Shown: piece by piece, positions 62,051-64,000 of the stretch
How positions within the stretch are numbered: the stretch's first letter is position 1
Layout: each line of letters starts with the position of its first letter
NCBI RefSeq assembly: GCF_000150275.1
Contig: NW_002060945.1
Location: forward strand, 1,430,199-1,494,198
From: Trichoplax adhaerens
Taxonomy: Eukaryota; Animalia; Placozoa
Direction of reading: 5' to 3'
Length of the DNA: 64,000 bases
Position numbers and translations under genes: made by a program
Notes under the pieces: model-generated
What the model was told of the DNA's origin: nothing
What the model saw: the letters and a program-made list of their open reading frames with translations, nothing else
Databases searched by the model: none

Positions 62051-64000
62051 CCCAATTCAAGTCTGCATCATCATTCAACATGTAGAGTCTAGTTTCTCTT
62101 TTACGTAGGTTACGCCATGATGAGACTACTGTAGCTAGAAGCTATCGATACTGTATAGTGTACAAGACACTAGCGAGCATACTATACTGAATAGTGTATT
62201 CCAAGACTTCGGATTATGTTGTGTCAATACCGGAAGTACTGAGACTACAATATCGTTGTCATAGTATCCGACTTCCATCTTTCCTTCTTGTTTGATCATT
62301 TATTATTCAGCAGAAAACTGCTGCGTCGATGCTTTTGATCTTCCCTCTTGCTTTCATCAGGGTAAGCTTTTCCTCTTCTACAGTAATGGAAGTTGTAAAG
62401 ACGCTCAAGTACTTTCTTGTAGCGTTGTATTGTGTTGAAACTCTATTTCTATCTCTTAGTTTAGCTTTTGCAAGAAAAACCCTATTTTCATTATCGTTGT
62501 TGTTACTCTGCTACCTTGTCAAATTATGGAGGAAGGTTTGTCAATTTTGGATATTCTACATGTGTTAGTTAATCATTATTGAGAAATTAGTGATCGTATA
62601 CTACATCAAGTATCTATAGTAGATGATAAATTACTAGAAGAATGATGGAATGTAGCAACAGATAGGAAGATAGATGTCATCGATGACTAGATTTTCACCT
62701 GATCAATAGCCAGTATTCGGTAGTTTATGAATGTATGTAGAATAAAATCTTTTTCGCTCTACTGTGCAGTATACAAGAATTATGCTGTAAATTGTACAAT
62801 AGTCTCTTTCATCAACCTCACACCATATTTCGCACTTTAATATTACCAATCTATGGCAATGGCTTGGTTCTTCTGAATTTCAATTACTGCATGATTACTG
62901 CATGATTACTGCGTGATAAAATGACATCAAATCATCACTTATCCAAAGGATATTACTGCAGCTATGGATTATAGACAAGTGTTATTTGTGCTTTAACATG
63001 TTAAAAATACTCTCGATTGCATGACTAAACTCCGTATTAAACCTCTCTCATACCATATTTATGCTATGTACAAATGTACATGAAATTGATATTTACTTGT
63101 ACAGTCTTTCCAATGCATGTATATATATTGCACAATCTATTAATATAGAAATGCAAAACAAAATACAGCAGATCATCACTATCCTGGTGGTTTTGAAAGT
63201 CACAGTTATGTTACGTGCAAGGGTATAGTGTATGAAATTCGCTTTGATGGCATGCCAATATCGGATAATCCAGATGTTCAAAAATAGGCACCAATGTACA
63301 GTAGATCCACCTTATGGCTTTGAAAAACTAGGTTTATGGTATATGCAAGAAGACATGCTATTTCAATTCATAGTTTCTTAATTGAAACCAACAAGATACA
63401 ATATAAATAAAGAAAAAAAGGGAGCTAAAATGCAGTAGGTCATCCAATCCTAACGGCTTTGAAATCATATTTATGCTACATGAGAGAATAAATGAAACCC
63501 ACACTTTCGATCTCTTGATTATCCGGATGTGTGTGTGAGGATTCAGTCTGGATTTTGAAAAATAGAAGCCAGAATAACATTAGGTTGCCTGAATCCCTAA
63601 TGGCTTTAACTCTTTGTTTATCGGATGTACAATAATAATACACTTGCTATCTTCGTCAGATCCAAGGCAATATAGTCTAGCCATAAACCAATTATAGCAA
63701 AGATGCTATAAGCCTGTAATAAAACCTGCTCTACTTTTTTACTGTAATTAAAGTGTAGTTCATGCAAGTAATTTTAGAATAGCAGATTTTATTACTGGTT
63801 CTCTATCGATTGAGATACTACGTAGATAATAGTACAACAAGCTCCAAGCCGCCTCCAACAGACAAGGAAAACTTCCTACAACAGCAGATCTTAGAAAAGA
63901 AGGACTAAGAACAACAATGACAGAAAAGTGTAGCTGCTTAAATATGTTACCTAACTTGTTTACAACATGATAATTGCGAAAAACATAATTCAACGCTTAC

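Noticed and set aside
63300-63993. Possible membrane-protein exons (WLLFFKIQ, faintly reminiscent of TMEM67) and ORF 63760-63993
   Set aside because: No consistent spliced frame could be built, and the region carries a degenerate CTAAYGGCTTT repeat suggesting non-coding DNA

Overview
AT-rich eukaryotic (animal) genomic DNA with compact genes and mostly 70-200 bp GT-AG introns. The style suggests an early-branching metazoan, possibly a placozoan such as Trichoplax; this is inference only. Six spliced protein genes were reconstructed by hand: two tandem, anciently diverged SLC4A1-3 (AE-type) Cl-/HCO3- exchangers (minus strand), cystinosin (minus), a Sec14-domain tyrosine phosphatase PTPN9/PTP-MEG2 (plus), ARMC8/GID5 (plus) and MAIP1/C2orf47 (minus). 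The ORF track misses a complete U12 minor-spliceosome snRNA gene at ~17051-17211, between the two SLC4 genes, with snRNA-type promoter elements upstream. Two ARMC8 introns begin with the U12-type-like donor GTATCCT. Intergenic regions and the long first intron carry several minisatellite or degenerate tandem arrays. A TACAG/CTGTA foldback region surrounds a probable bidirectional CTNS/PTPN9 promoter. There are no prokaryotic features, CRISPR arrays, tRNA or rRNA. No wholly new system can be demonstrated from sequence alone. The best leads are the poly-His anion-exchanger pair, the U12 gene with candidate minor introns, and a few orphan exon-like or structured segments.
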